A stretch of DNA of 62,949 nucleotides, filler included, from Octopus bimaculoides (lineage: Eukaryota): NCBI RefSeq assembly GCF_001194135.2. It is 6 parts of 5 records of this genome, joined end to end, with 100 filler letters (N's around TTAATTAATTAA, not from the genome) between each part and the next. Parts side by side here need not be neighbours in the genome. Positions count along the whole stretch, not along the records: positions 15,927 to 34,999 come from NC_069005.1; positions 35,100 to 48,161 come from NC_068981.1; 4 more parts are not named here. One strand, 5' to 3'. Both the position numbers and the translations under genes were made by a program. The notes beneath the pieces are model-generated. The model saw only the letters and a program-made list of their open reading frames with translations. It had not been told where the DNA came from and ran no database searches. Shown here piece after piece: positions 26,800 through 39,984 of this stretch (its first letter is position 1; the number at the start of each line of letters is the position of its first letter).

Positions 26800-27455
26800 T
26801 TACTCTGGGAACAAGGTCCGAAATTTGGGGGGAGGGGGGGGCAGTCGATTAGATCGACCTCAGTACGCAACTGGTACTTTATCTATCAACCCAAAAGGAC
26901 GAAAGGCAAAGTCGACCTCGGCGGAATTTGAACTCAGAGAATAAAGAGAGACGAAATAACGCTAAGCATTTCGCCCGTCGTGCTAACGTTTCTTATTTCT
27001 TTATTGCCCACNNNNNNNNNNNNNNNNNNNNNNNNNNNNNNNNNNNNNNNNNNATTGCCCACAAAGAGCTAAACATAAAAGGGACAAACAAAGGGATTAA
27101 GTCGATTACACCGACCCCAGTGCGTAACTGGCACTTAATTTATCGACCCCGAAAGGATGAAGGGCAAAGTCGACCTCAGCAGAATTTGAACTCAGATAGA
27201 ATAAAGTCAGACGAAATACCTATTTCTTTACTGCCCACAAGGGGCTACACACAGAGGGGACAAACAAGGACAGACAAACGGATTAAGTCGATTATATCGA
27301 CCCCAGTGCGTAACTGGTACTTATTTAATCGACCCCGAAAGGATGAAAGGCAAAGTCGACCTCGGCGGAATTTGAACTCAGAACGCAGTGGCAGACGAAA
27401 TACCGCTAAGCATTTCGCCCGGCGTGCTAATGTTTCTGCCAGTTTGCCGCCTTAG
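26800..27455 (-). mobile_element. Three abutting SINE copies (family A head and core, two different tails)
   Basis: Repeated GACCCCGAAAGGATGAAAGGCAAAGTCGACCTCGGCGGAATTTGAACTCAG units, with junctions at about 26996 and 27221. Confidence 0.85.
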
Positions 27456-29052
27456 AAAAAGCAATTTTATTAAACGAGGAAATGTGTTTGCAACTTGTTT
27501 TGAATATATATCAATTAGATTCGAAACAAATTTACTCGGTAAATATGCCACCAAATAAAGAACCCTGCAAACTGTATTTTCTTTGAGTATTCTTTCAATT
27601 TATACATGTAAGACTTGCACTGACAAATACACACACACATATACATAGATATACATGCATACACACATATACATACACACACACACGTACACACAAACAC
27701 ATATCACACATATATACGTGTATGTATGTGTGTATGTAATTATACATTTATGTGCCTAACTTTCCCTCCAGTCGTGTATACATATATACATGCACATACA
27801 TATATCATTTGTATGTGTGTGTGTGTGCATGTGTGTGCGTGTGTGTTATGTATGCATGTTTGAATGGATGGATGGATGGTTAATGGATGCAGAGTTGCAC
27901 ACACGAACACGAACAAAAACACGCACGTCTGTACGCGTGCACACATATAAGCATATGTAGGTATGCGTATATACACATATATAATTCAATTTTGGTGTTA
28001 AACAATGTATATGTACGTATGTATATATATATATATATATATAAAAGTACAGACACTTATATGCACCCATTTATGTATCTATGTATGCATACATGGTAAT
28101 GAGGCGTCACCAATATCGTTTCAAAGACACCCATTAAATGACAGTAGACGTAACTGGACGCAATCTAGTGGATTAGATGTCTAAAGGCGAATAAGAATCC
28201 TATAATTTTATTTGAATCTATTGAACGTTCTGATTACAAGAGTAGGTTTTGTAAATGGGACATCTTANNNNNNNNNNNNNNNNNNNNNNNNNNNNNNNNN
28301 NNNNNNNNNNNNNNNNNNNNNNNNNNNNNNNNNNNNNNNNNNNNNNNNNNNNNNNNNNNNNNNNNNNNNNNNNNNNNNNNNNNNNNNNNNNNNNNNNNNN
28401 NNNNNNNNNNNNNNNNNNNNNNNNNNNNNNNNNNNNNNNNNNNNNNNNNNNNNNNNNNNNNNNNNNNNNNNNNNNNNNNNNNNNNNNNNNNNNNNNNNNN
28501 NNNNNNNNNNNNNNNNNNNNNNNNNNNNNNNNNNNNNNNNNNNNNNNNNNNNNNNNNNNNNNNNNNNNNNNNNNNNNNNNNNNNNNNNNNNNNNNNNNNN
28601 NNNNNNNNNNNNNNNNNNNNNNNNNNNNNNNNNNNNNNNNNNNNNNNNNNNNNNNNNNNNNNNNNNNNNNNNNNNNNNNNNNNNNNNNNNNNNNNNNNNN
28701 NNNNNNNNNNNNNNNNNNNNNNNNNNNNNNNNNNNNNNNNNNNNNNNNNNNNNNNNNNNNNNNNNNNNNNNNNNNNNNNNNNNNNNNNNNNNNNNNNNNN
28801 NNNNNNNNNNNNNNNNNNNNNNNNNNNNNNNNNNNNNNNNNNNNNNNNNNNNNNNNNNNNNNNNNNNNNNNNNNNNNNNNNNNNNNNNNNNNNNNNNNNN
28901 NNNNNNNNNNNNNNNNNNNNNNNNNNNNNNNNNNNNNNNNNNNNNNNNNNNNNNNNNNNNNNNNNNNNNNNNNNNNNNNNNNNNNNNNNNNNNNNNNNNN
29001 NNNNNNNNNNNNNNNNNNNNNNNNNNNNNNNNNNNGGGGTGTATACAAGCAT

Positions 29053-29091
<39 letters not shown>

Positions 29092-30322
29092 CACATAAAC
29101 AAACGGACGCGCGGGTGTGTGTGCAGCATGGATTAGAACTCGTGTTTGCTACATACGAATTTCAAATCACAATTCAATCATGGTTTGATAATGTGTGCAA
29201 CCAATACCTTCTCCAGCCAAAGGCTGTTGTTCACGTGATAGTTCTTTAGCCCGTCGAGAACTTTCCGTGAGCAAAGCCTATAAATACAGTCAGAGAAGGT
29301 GCCAATTTCGCAAAGTGTCGAGCCGGTGTGACGTTCTCCACTCTCGCCAATTTCAAGAGTGACTTGGGTCGAGCCTCGAATTGCACATTCTCTACAACTG
29401 CTTTAACGGCTGCATATTCAATCGAGACATGGCACGGCACCTGTATATTTGCTAAGTCCAAACCAACCTAGTTGTTAAACTTCGAACAGATATTTGCTTT
29501 GCATATCGTATGATATTTCCATCTTACTACTTCTATATATTGCTTTCAATTTCAGCGCAAGGCCAGCAATATCGAGGAAGGGTTAAGTCGATTAGATTGA
29601 CCCCAGTGTTCAACTGGTACTTATTTCATTGACCCTGAAAGGATGGAAGGCAAAATCGGCCTCGGCGGAATTTGAACTCAACTACTTCTACATATCAATT
29701 GTAATGCATGAACATCTTTTCATCCTAATACGTCATAATGAATCACCTTCAAATGTTTGCTTGGTGTTGTGAAATTACTACACGAAATTTTCTATTAATC
29801 ATCAAATAACAGTCCAGCAACACTGGCACACAAACACCTCCAGCGATCATTAATGAGTTTTATGCTGGAAACAGCAGTCAATACAAGTAACAACAGATTC
29901 ATTGAAAAGTTAAGATGGTAACTAGGTTTTTATATGGAAACAACACACAGCCTAAACAAATATTCAATTACCCATCAAACTCGCAATGTTACATATGTAT
30001 GTTTGTATGTATGTACGTTTGTATGTATGTATGTATGTATGTATGTATGTATGTATGTGTATATGTATGTGTGTGTTTATGTATGTATGTGTGTATATAT
30101 GAATGTATATATGTACCATCATACACACACACGCAGATATACATATATACTACGGGCTTCTTTCAGTTTTCGTCTACCAAATCCACTCACAAGGCTCTGA
30201 TCAGCCCAAAGCTATAGTAGAAGACACTTACCCAAGGTGCCACGCAATGGGACTGAACTTAGAACCATGGTACAAAGAAGCAAGCCTCTTACCACACAAC
30301 AACGCCTGCGCCTATATGTATG

Positions 30323-30354
<32 letters not shown>

Positions 30355-30475
30355 NNNNNNNNNNNNNNNNNNNNNNNNNNNNNNNNNNNNNNNNNNNNNN
30401 NNNNNNNNNNNNNNNNNNNNNNNNNNNNNNNNNNNNNNNNNNNNNNNNNNNNNNNNNNNNNNNNATATATATAAT

Positions 30476-31390
30476 GTGTGATGAATTTATGGAATGAAGT
30501 TCTATAAATCCCATCAAATTCGTTAAAGATGGAGGAAACAAGTTGTTAAAATTTATAAGAAGTTTAATTCTTGCAGACGATAGTTTCTTGCAGACGATAA
30601 TATAAATTCATGATTGAATTAAATTTAATAAATATCGTCGTAGTCTTCAGTGCAGGAAGGAAAGAAACCATAATACAAGGAACTTTAGAAAGAATAGACC
30701 AGAAAAAATTGGATCTAGGAGAAAAAATTGGATCTACGTATCAGAAAGAGATGGGCGTCATGTCGGGTATTGAGCCATAACTAACGGCTTAACGGTTATT
30801 TGAAGATATAAATAAAGAGGTGTGGGAGACCTTCCCTCTATAGATAAGTATGGGAATTAGAATTATAGTTCCATTATGCACCTTAGGGCAAGTAAGTAGG
30901 AGAAATGTCCAATGGGAAGACAATACCAAATGTAAATTAAACCTAACCGTTGAAATCAATACGTAGTATAACGTAAAAAAAATCTATACAGAAGAATGAA
31001 GTTTAGCGTGGAAAAATGATATATGAGAAGCTAATAGTAGAATAGTTAACGTAAACAAATAGCAAAAAATAGAGGAATGAGGGTTAGTTATAAAGAGAGA
31101 AGATGATGTATATTAATGACCAATGTTTACATAAGAATCATATTAAGGTAACGTATTAATAATAAAGGAGAAAAAAAGTAAAAACAGAGAAGCAAATGTT
31201 AATATTACAATTAAAGTAGTATGTACTTACGGTGTCTAGGGGATGTAGGAATAATACAGATAAAAATGTGAGTTTAAAGTGAGATGGACCAAAGTAAATG
31301 TACGGGAGATAAATAAGCAGAGAAAGAGATGAGTAAAAAGAAATAAAAATTTGGATAGGGATTTGTGAGTTATACAGAAGGTGTATTTTA

Positions 31391-31428
<38 letters not shown>

Positions 31429-31758
31429 ATTTTTTCAGAGGTATTAATCGAGTTTAGTATTATGTGAGAAGGATGTAAAATTGCAGAATGGTCGTAATGA
31501 TATACGAGATGTAGAGGTTCCGTGCCAGTGTAAATATTAGAAAAACTACGATTAGAAGGGTACACATAAGTGTACGAAAATTTACACAAAATATACAAAA
31601 AAAAAAGATAATCTAATATGGAGAAGAGTGTGTGTATGTTTAAGCATATGTGTGTAGAGGTATAATTACACATGAGCATGTAGATACAACTTGATTCCAC
31701 CATTTTTAGCGAATTTGATGGGATTTATGGAATGTCATTCCATAAATACATCATACAC
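30476..31758. mobile_element. Non-autonomous DNA transposon with imperfect TIRs of about 70 bp, in TA-rich flanks
   Basis: 30476-30545 is the imperfect reverse complement of 31687-31758. No transposase ORF inside. Confidence 0.8.
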
Positions 31759-31894
31759 TATATACATGTACTACTTTCATCTCTTCGCAAATTTACGCCA
31801 GTAGACTCCCAGCAAAGTATGAAGAATCAACACTAAAAATCTTTTTTGGCAACCTCAAATTAAAGGACGAATCCACATTCAACATTTATACACC

Positions 31895-32130
31895 TATATA
31901 TATATATAGTTTTAAGGAAAAGAACCAAGGTTCATAAACTCATCGATGAAAAACCACTGTCACATATAGAAAAATTAATAAGTAAAAGCACAATAAATAA
32001 GTATAAAACTATATATTTATATATATTTAATACTGTGAAACTTAATTTAATTTTGATTCTTATAAATTGATTTTGATTGAGTTTTTACCTGTAATTTTGG
32101 ATTTTTATCCCTAATATTATATATATATAT
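31895..32130. repeat. Interspersed element of about 220 bp bounded by (TA)n, with an inverse copy at 50310-50525
   Basis: AAAAGAACCAAGGTTCAT(A/G)AACTCAT and TAGGGATAAAAATCCAAAATTACAG are shared between the two loci. Confidence 0.75.
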
Positions 32131-32253
32131 CCTCAGTGGATTATATATCTGAAAAAGAAGTTCACACTAAAGAATAGAGCAGTAATGTATTTACAAGCAG
32201 TTAAATATGCATCGGGTCATAGAGTGACGAAGGGTTTTGCATCGACAAAGTGG

Positions 32254-32368
32254 TAGGCCTTATAGACGGCTCGCAGACTCAATGGAGGATGCATATCCTT
32301 CTTCAAACTGCACGTTGCAAATCGTTATGGTTGGTTTGCTACCGCTGTCGAGCCGTCTATAAGGCCTA
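32254..32368. mobile_element. MITE of about 115 bp with a perfect 20-bp inverted terminus including TA
   Basis: TAGGCCTTATAGACGGCTCG (32254-32273) / CGAGCCGTCTATAAGGCCTA (32349-32368). Confidence 0.8.
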
Positions 32369-33283
32369 GTGTTTTATGGATGCGAACCTATTGGCTTCGC
32401 ATCCATTTATNNNNNNNNNNNNNNNNNNNNNNNNNNNNNNNNNNNNNNNNNNNNNNNNNNNNNNNNNNNNNNNNNNNNNNNNNNNNNNNNNNNNNNNNNN
32501 NNNNNNNNNNNNNNNNNNNNNNNNNNNNNNNNNNNNNNNNNNNNNNNNNNNNNNNNNNNNNNNNNNNNNNNNNNNNNNNNNNNNNNNNNNNNNNNNNNNN
32601 NNNNNNNNNNNNNNNNNNNNNNNNNNNNNNNNNNNNNNNNNNNNNNNNNNNNNNNNNNNNNNNNNNNNNNNNAAAGACTGCACGTATCCTATTTATCTCT
32701 CTCTTCTATCTTTTCTCTCGTCAAGGAAAATATTCCTCCAGCGTTTGCTATTTTACCTTCATCTAACGACACTCCATGCTTGCTTTCGTTCAGTTTCCTT
32801 GTATGTCGCCACTGTCCTGTTTTTGTTACCAACCTTGACCCTCCATAAATCCCAAATGCTCGAAATAGGAAATAGATGGACAGCCGACAACTGATTAAGG
32901 GTCGTTCTTTATGTTACTTGTCCTGTTTTCCATTTGTTTCTCTCGTTGTATGTGTATTCAACTCAATTGTTTTCGTATTTCATGCAGTTTACGGTTTGTG
33001 ACATTCTGCACCCATATATGTAGCATATATATGTATGTATATACATATGTATATACATAGATACGCGCGCGCGCGCAGACACACACACGCACACACACAC
33101 ACACACACATACACACACACACACAAACAAACGCACACACACACACACACGCACACACACACACACACGCACGCACACGAATTCATGCTCATACATCGAC
33201 ACGTCTGTTTACGTACGTGTTTACTGTATATGTAGGTATGTATATTTGTGTGTGTATGGGTGTACATATATGCTTATATAGCC

Positions 33284-33380
<97 letters not shown>

Positions 33381-33446
33381 CATATATATACACATATACA
33401 TATACATATATCCATGTATATTCTTCTCTGTTAAATCGCTTATTCC

Positions 33447-33498
33447 ACGAGCCTGAGGAGACAGGCTCCGTTTGGGGCCCTGCGAAACATGTAGTAGC
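33447..33498 (+). ncRNA. Type I hammerhead motif, intact core, weak stem I
   Basis: GC-CTGAGGA-GACAGGCTCC-GTTT-GGGGCCCTGC-GAAA-C-AT-GT-A-GT. Palindromic ACATGT; triplet GUA. Confidence 0.6.
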
Positions 33499-33569
33499 AC
33501 AGAATCCGAATCAAACTGTTTTGGATAATGATAATAGTAATCATAACAACAATCCTTTCTATTATAGGC

Positions 33570-33838
33570 ACAAGGTTTGAAATTTCAGGGGAGGGGGCTA
33601 GTCGATTACATCGACCCCAGTACGCAACTGGTACTTAATTTATCGACCCCGAAAGGTTGAAAAGCAAAGTCGACCTCGGCGGAATTTGAAAATAATCATA
33701 ATAATAATAATAATAATGGTCTCAAATTTTACCACATGGGTAGAAATTGAGGAGGGGTTGAGTCGATTATATCGACCCCAATTTTCAACTGATGCTTATT
33801 TTATCGACCCCGAAAGAATGAAAGACAAAGTTGACCAC
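33570..33838 (-). mobile_element. Two partial SINE family A copies
   Basis: GGCACAAGG..GTCGATTACATCGACCCCAG..GTCGACCTCGGCGGAATTTGAA, followed by a second partial copy. Confidence 0.8.
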
Positions 33839-33930
33839 GATATATATATATTTATATATATATATTTATAAAAAAGAAGTTTGAAAACGCCACTATATAA
33901 AATAAATTTTAATTTATAATTTTCTCAGAG

Positions 33931-33979
33931 ATATTTTACATGTTTCGGTTCTTGAAAAAATGAACCTTATCAAAAATAC
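33931..33979 (-). ncRNA. Hammerhead-shaped motif with variant core (TTGATAA)
   Basis: GTATTT-TTGATAA-GGTTC-loop-GAACC-GAAA-C-AT-GT-A-AAATAT. All three stems form. Confidence 0.6.
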
Positions 33980-34342
33980 ATATTTAAAAAAAATGTAATT
34001 AAAAAAAAGTTCATAATTGTTTCTTAATGGTGTCAACATAATCCACGTGGGAGCGTTTTTGTGTGGGGACATAATGGCTGTCTAGTGCGTTGACTTGAAT
34101 CGTTGGCTGTATATANNNNNNNNNNNNNNNNNNNNNNNNNNNNNNNNNNNNNNNNNNNNNNNNNNNNNNNNNNNNNNNNNNNNNNNNNNNNNNNNNNNNN
34201 NNNNNNNNNNNNNNNNNNNNNNNNNNNNNNNNNNNNNNNNNNNNNNNNNNNNNNNNNNNNNNNNNNNNNNNNNNNNNNNNNNNNNNNNNNNNNNNNNNNN
34301 NNNNNNNNNNNNNNNNNNNNNNNNNNNNNNNNNATATATATC

Positions 34343-34377
<35 letters not shown>

Positions 34378-34950
34378 ACATATATACATACATACTTATA
34401 TACATATGTATATATCTGTGTCCTGTTCTTATTGTATGTTTTCTGGTTATTGCTCCTGTACTTATCGCTCGATGGTGATGTCCTGTACATGATGTATTTT
34501 TATGTTTATTTATTTATAATCGAACGCCACACAGCCTTGTCCACAGTAAGCTTTATATATATATACATACACACACACACATGTGGAAACAGATTGATAG
34601 TAAGTAATATGTGCTGTCTGTATACAGTTCGAACTTCGGTGATTGAAATCTGGTAACGAGAGTGTCGGCCTATATACGATTACATTAGTAATTGAAACAA
34701 TTGAAAAGAAGCTTTATTTTAGGCGCGTAAGTGATAGCCTCGTTGTGGATGTACTCTTACATATCGTCTCTGTCAAGCCATACTTACACACACGCTTGGC
34801 TGTATGTAATCTTGTCTGTCACTGTGTCTCTTATCTCTATTACTTGCTATTTTTTTATTTGTATTTCACCAACTTTTGTTACTCTGTGTGTAATTATCGC
34901 TGTCATTGTATCATGCCATCTCTCTCTGCCTTTCTCCCACTTTCCCTCTC

Positions 34951-34999
<49 letters not shown>

Positions 35000-35099
35000 N
35001 NNNNNNNNNNNNNNNNNNNNNNNNNNNNNNNNNNNNNNNNNNNTTAATTAATTAANNNNNNNNNNNNNNNNNNNNNNNNNNNNNNNNNNNNNNNNNNNN

Positions 35100-35136
<37 letters not shown>

Positions 35137-36581
35137 CTTAAGTCATCTCGTTTCCAGTTGCGTGCTTTTCCAACTTAGGCTGTTTTGCAAAGAAATAAAT
35201 AGGAAAAATGAATCTTTTCAGTTGATTTATCAGAGTTTTGTGTCGCTCTCATCGAAAATATCTAGAAGCATAAAGATTAAAAATAATACATCTAAAACTA
35301 ATACTGACGTGGAATATTAAATGAAATACATGTGATGATATGCACGAATCATTCATTATAACAGATATAAGCTAGTAAATGTATTAAATATTTTCTGGGT
35401 CTCGTTGTTTTTCGGATTATGTCACATATTTTGGAAACGAGTGTCGGCGTATTTTGAGGTATCTCTGTATATAGAATTACACTTGTACATATATGTACAT
35501 TAAACATATTTGTGTAAGTTTCTCTATCTCTGTGACTCAGTGTCTACGTTTTTGTTTGTACATATTCTTATACCGACTCCAAATCATGAATCGTTTCGTA
35601 TCAGGAGCTCAACGTGCTGTTGTCTAGAGAACAAATAACAAAGAATACATTCGAAAAAAAAATATTTGGCATGAGAAGACGATCGGTGAAAATAGATAAA
35701 ATTACCGAGCATCTACTACCACAAACGTCGTGATAAATAGTCTGATCAATACATTATATTGAAAGTATTTCTAATCTTGGACATTTAGGAACAATGGTAG
35801 CGTGTTCTTTTCTAAATATTTCACAATTGTGAATGTATAGCTGCCTGGAAGATTCCTTTTAGAATTATCTTTCGAGTGATTTTCGACACAAAATCGAAAT
35901 CACACCAAAGAATACCTGAACTACAGATCTAATACCGCTATTTTTCTGTTTCAAGATTTGTTCAAGATTTGTCACGATGTGCTTAAGGATGTTTATGAAG
36001 ATGGAAAATAATATCATGGAAAACAGAAGGAATAAAAAATAACACAGTTGCTGTATGAAAGTAAGAAATACATAAAACATTGAAATCTCTCCTGTTAAAC
36101 AGATTGATCCGTGGATGATGTAACGTTTAATAACAATGAGAACATGTGAAAACTGTGTAGGGGAAATAAAATGAATGCATTAAAAGTAGTAGTAAAGCTC
36201 AGACATGAAAAGCATGTGAGATCATAGAGAACTGATTCGATAAAATCATTGTATAGATATTTCTGGTAATATCTAGTCCCATAACTGAGAGATTTTCAAA
36301 TACTTCTATGCTATTATTATCGATTTTCGCAGAACATGTTTCTGCTCGTATAGTCCTGAAGGCAAATTCCCCCTTCATTGTTCATAAAATATACTGATGG
36401 TATATTTGCTGTTCTGCGAGTCAATACCAATTATGTTCCCATACCGAATGCGACTATACAAAAGTATGCTTAGTGGTGTCTAAAATGCAAATATTAACAG
36501 TGTGATCGTATTTATTAATGTATTCATGTGAATCTAGGTAAAAATATTTTTGCTCAACTTTTCTGTCACATTCTGTGTTCT

Positions 36582-36805
<224 letters not shown>

Positions 36806-38047
36806 TAAGCACAGACACATTGGAATCTATCAACATCAATCCCACTGCTAAATACACAGTACCAATCTCTTTTATCATACTCCCAGCCTGATCTCTCTTC
36901 TGAGTGTCATTTAGTGGACGGAAATTCGCATGTGTTTATTTAGCAATCGGGCTTCACTCACGTACATGGAATTTACGTCATCAAAGTCTTCAGCTCTTAT
37001 TGTTTACATTGGTTAATGTACGATATGTAATGACTCAAAATATTGATTTCCAACGTTGTTGAAAGTCTACAAAAAATATATACTATGCAGAATCTACATA
37101 TTCACACGTATACATAATTCTAGACTAAAGAGATTTTGAGGAATTATGGTTTCATCGAAACACTGACATATTTCAATCTTTTCGTTCAAAAGGCTACAAA
37201 TAGCTGTAAAACAAATTTAGAACCAGACCCACAATCTTGTATATAGAAGGAAAACAGGATGGTCAATGTTGCGACGTCTTGATAATAAGCTAATCTAAAT
37301 TAGCTTTGTGTTTGTCTTACAACTGAATAACAACAGCAATGGCTACTATGTGCATGTGAGCCAGCATATAAGCTTGTTGTTCTGACGACATTTTGCTTAA
37401 ATCACATTCTGACGTCTCCAAAATGAACGCAACTAAGATTACATTGCGGACGATTTTGGTAGGATATTTTCTAACATCAAACTCTAATCAAATTACAAAT
37501 AAGTTGAAACAAGAAAAAAGATGACGACTACCTCCATGGTTTACGACCACGATAAACGCGACGATAAGAAAACTGGTTAATTATATATGAAGTGCAAATC
37601 GGTATTTGAGAATATTTCTCAGCTTAAAACCTTAAGAGACGACTTCAAAAATTGTAAGTCATTTGTTCTCGCGCAATCTATTATGTATAAAGTATAGTAG
37701 TAGGTTTTTGACCAATATCTCTAACCTAAAGCAAGATATCTCATAAACAAATTACATCTCACCTTATACAATAGAGAAGAAAACATAATTATTTACAATA
37801 ACGTAATTCAGGGTATATCGAAATTTAGAAATATTTTTCCTGCTACTAAGCCATTATACATTTTGTGGCCAATGAGACCCAAATAATGCATTGTATACTG
37901 TGTTCACTCACCTTGTGAGTGGAATTTGGTAAATTTGAAACGTGCAAATCCTGGCAGAATTATATNNNNNNNNNNNNNNNNNNNNNNNNNNNNNNNNNNN
38001 NNNNNNNNNNNNNNNNNNNNNNNNNNNNNNNNNNNNNNNNNNNNNNN

Positions 38048-38110
<63 letters not shown>

Positions 38111-38625
38111 TGCGTGTGTGTGTGTTTAAAATATTACAACAGCATTGCACAAATGATGTGGGTAGCCGCTTTAAAATTCACACGAGGTTTGGTCTTCTAC
38201 AAAAGTCATGTCCGCGTCACGATACAACACTAATACAGAACTATTTCACCTCAACTAGCCCAGATCTCTTAAACATCACATCAATGTTCATAAGAGAAGA
38301 AAATGTTGACCTGAAGATAAACCACCAACACCTTGATATATCTCTGACAACAATAACTTTTTAGCTGAATGGGTGAATAGGCAATTATCCCAAAGAATGA
38401 CTATTATGAAACATCTTTAAATGTCTTTTCCATGTGGTGCTTCTACGTTAGACACGGCCTACACCAATTTTGGCCGAATCACACCTAAGCATGTAAGTAT
38501 ATAATTATGCAAGTATGTAAATGTCTAAGTGTTTGTATGTATATACCAGTCCGTACATATATCTATATATATACATACACACACACATTCACAAACACAC
38601 ACCGAAACACACACAAACACGCACT

Positions 38626-38695
<70 letters not shown>

Positions 38696-39406
38696 NNNNN
38701 NNNNNNNNNNNNNNNNNNNNNNNNNNNNNNNNNNNNNNNNNNNNNNNNNNNNNNNNNNNNNNNNNNNNNNNNNNNNNNNNNNNNNNNNNNNNNNNNNNNN
38801 NNNNNNNNNNNNNNNNNNNNNNNNNNNNNNNNNNNNNNNNNNNNNNNNNNNNNNNNNNNNNNNNNNNNNNNNNNNNNNNNNNNNNNNNNNNNNNNNNNNN
38901 NNNNNNNNNNNNNNNNNNNNNNNNNNNNNNNNNNNNNNNNNNNNNNNNNNNNNNNNNNNNNNNNNNNNNNNNNNNNNNNNNNNNNNNNNNNNNNATATAT
39001 ATGTATTTATATATATGTATGTATGTTCATGAATATACATATGTGCGTGTGTGTCTATGTGTTTGTGTACATACACAGTCAAACAGGCAGATATATATCA
39101 AGCTGAAATAAATTTGTATGGTTGATATTGGCTGCTGTCCAATGACTGTAACAAGTAAACGAACAAACAGAGAAGTAACAATATTTGGTGTACACATTTA
39201 CTTAATGAGTTTAGCAGGATTTGTTGAAAGTGTTAAACAATTTAGGAGAGAAATAGATATCGAAAGACAATTAATTAATTGATCATCGCAACTAGCCACA
39301 CGAACTGTTTGCTAACTCACATGACATTCATACATCGAAAATATTGGTAAAAAATGTAATAGTGTGATATAGTGTAATATTATGCACACAGACACAGACA
39401 CATATG

Positions 39407-39452
<46 letters not shown>

Positions 39453-39984
39453 CAAGAATATATACAAACATACTCACCATGGGTTCGCCAAAAGCAACGC
39501 ATTCCGGATTCATATGACACATTCTACATAAGAATACATCAACAAAGACATATAAAGACATATGTATTCTTACTTCTAATTACCACGAACAGTATATATT
39601 ACAAGATGCTGGTTTTTTGAGAAAGGTTTTAGAGGAGAAGGTTATACTATTTTTGCGAAAAATTTGCAGAAATGTCTCTTGTTAATAACATATACGGAAG
39701 CTAAACTTACACGCGTTTCTTTTGTAACAGGAAGGTTGTACCAAATATAAAAATATACAACGTAGTAATGTCAATGTTATGCCTACTATAAACCTGTGAA
39801 CTGTGACACTTCACACAATGTTTCGTAATCAGGTATCGAAAAATATTGCTTTACGAATAGTACTGATTATGAAAAGTATTGTCATACAATTATCCTTGTA
39901 CTAATGATTTACGTCTTGTTGATAATTTCAAAATGTAGACCACAACTGCATTGCCTCGGTTTCTTTAGCTTATAATATTTGGCC

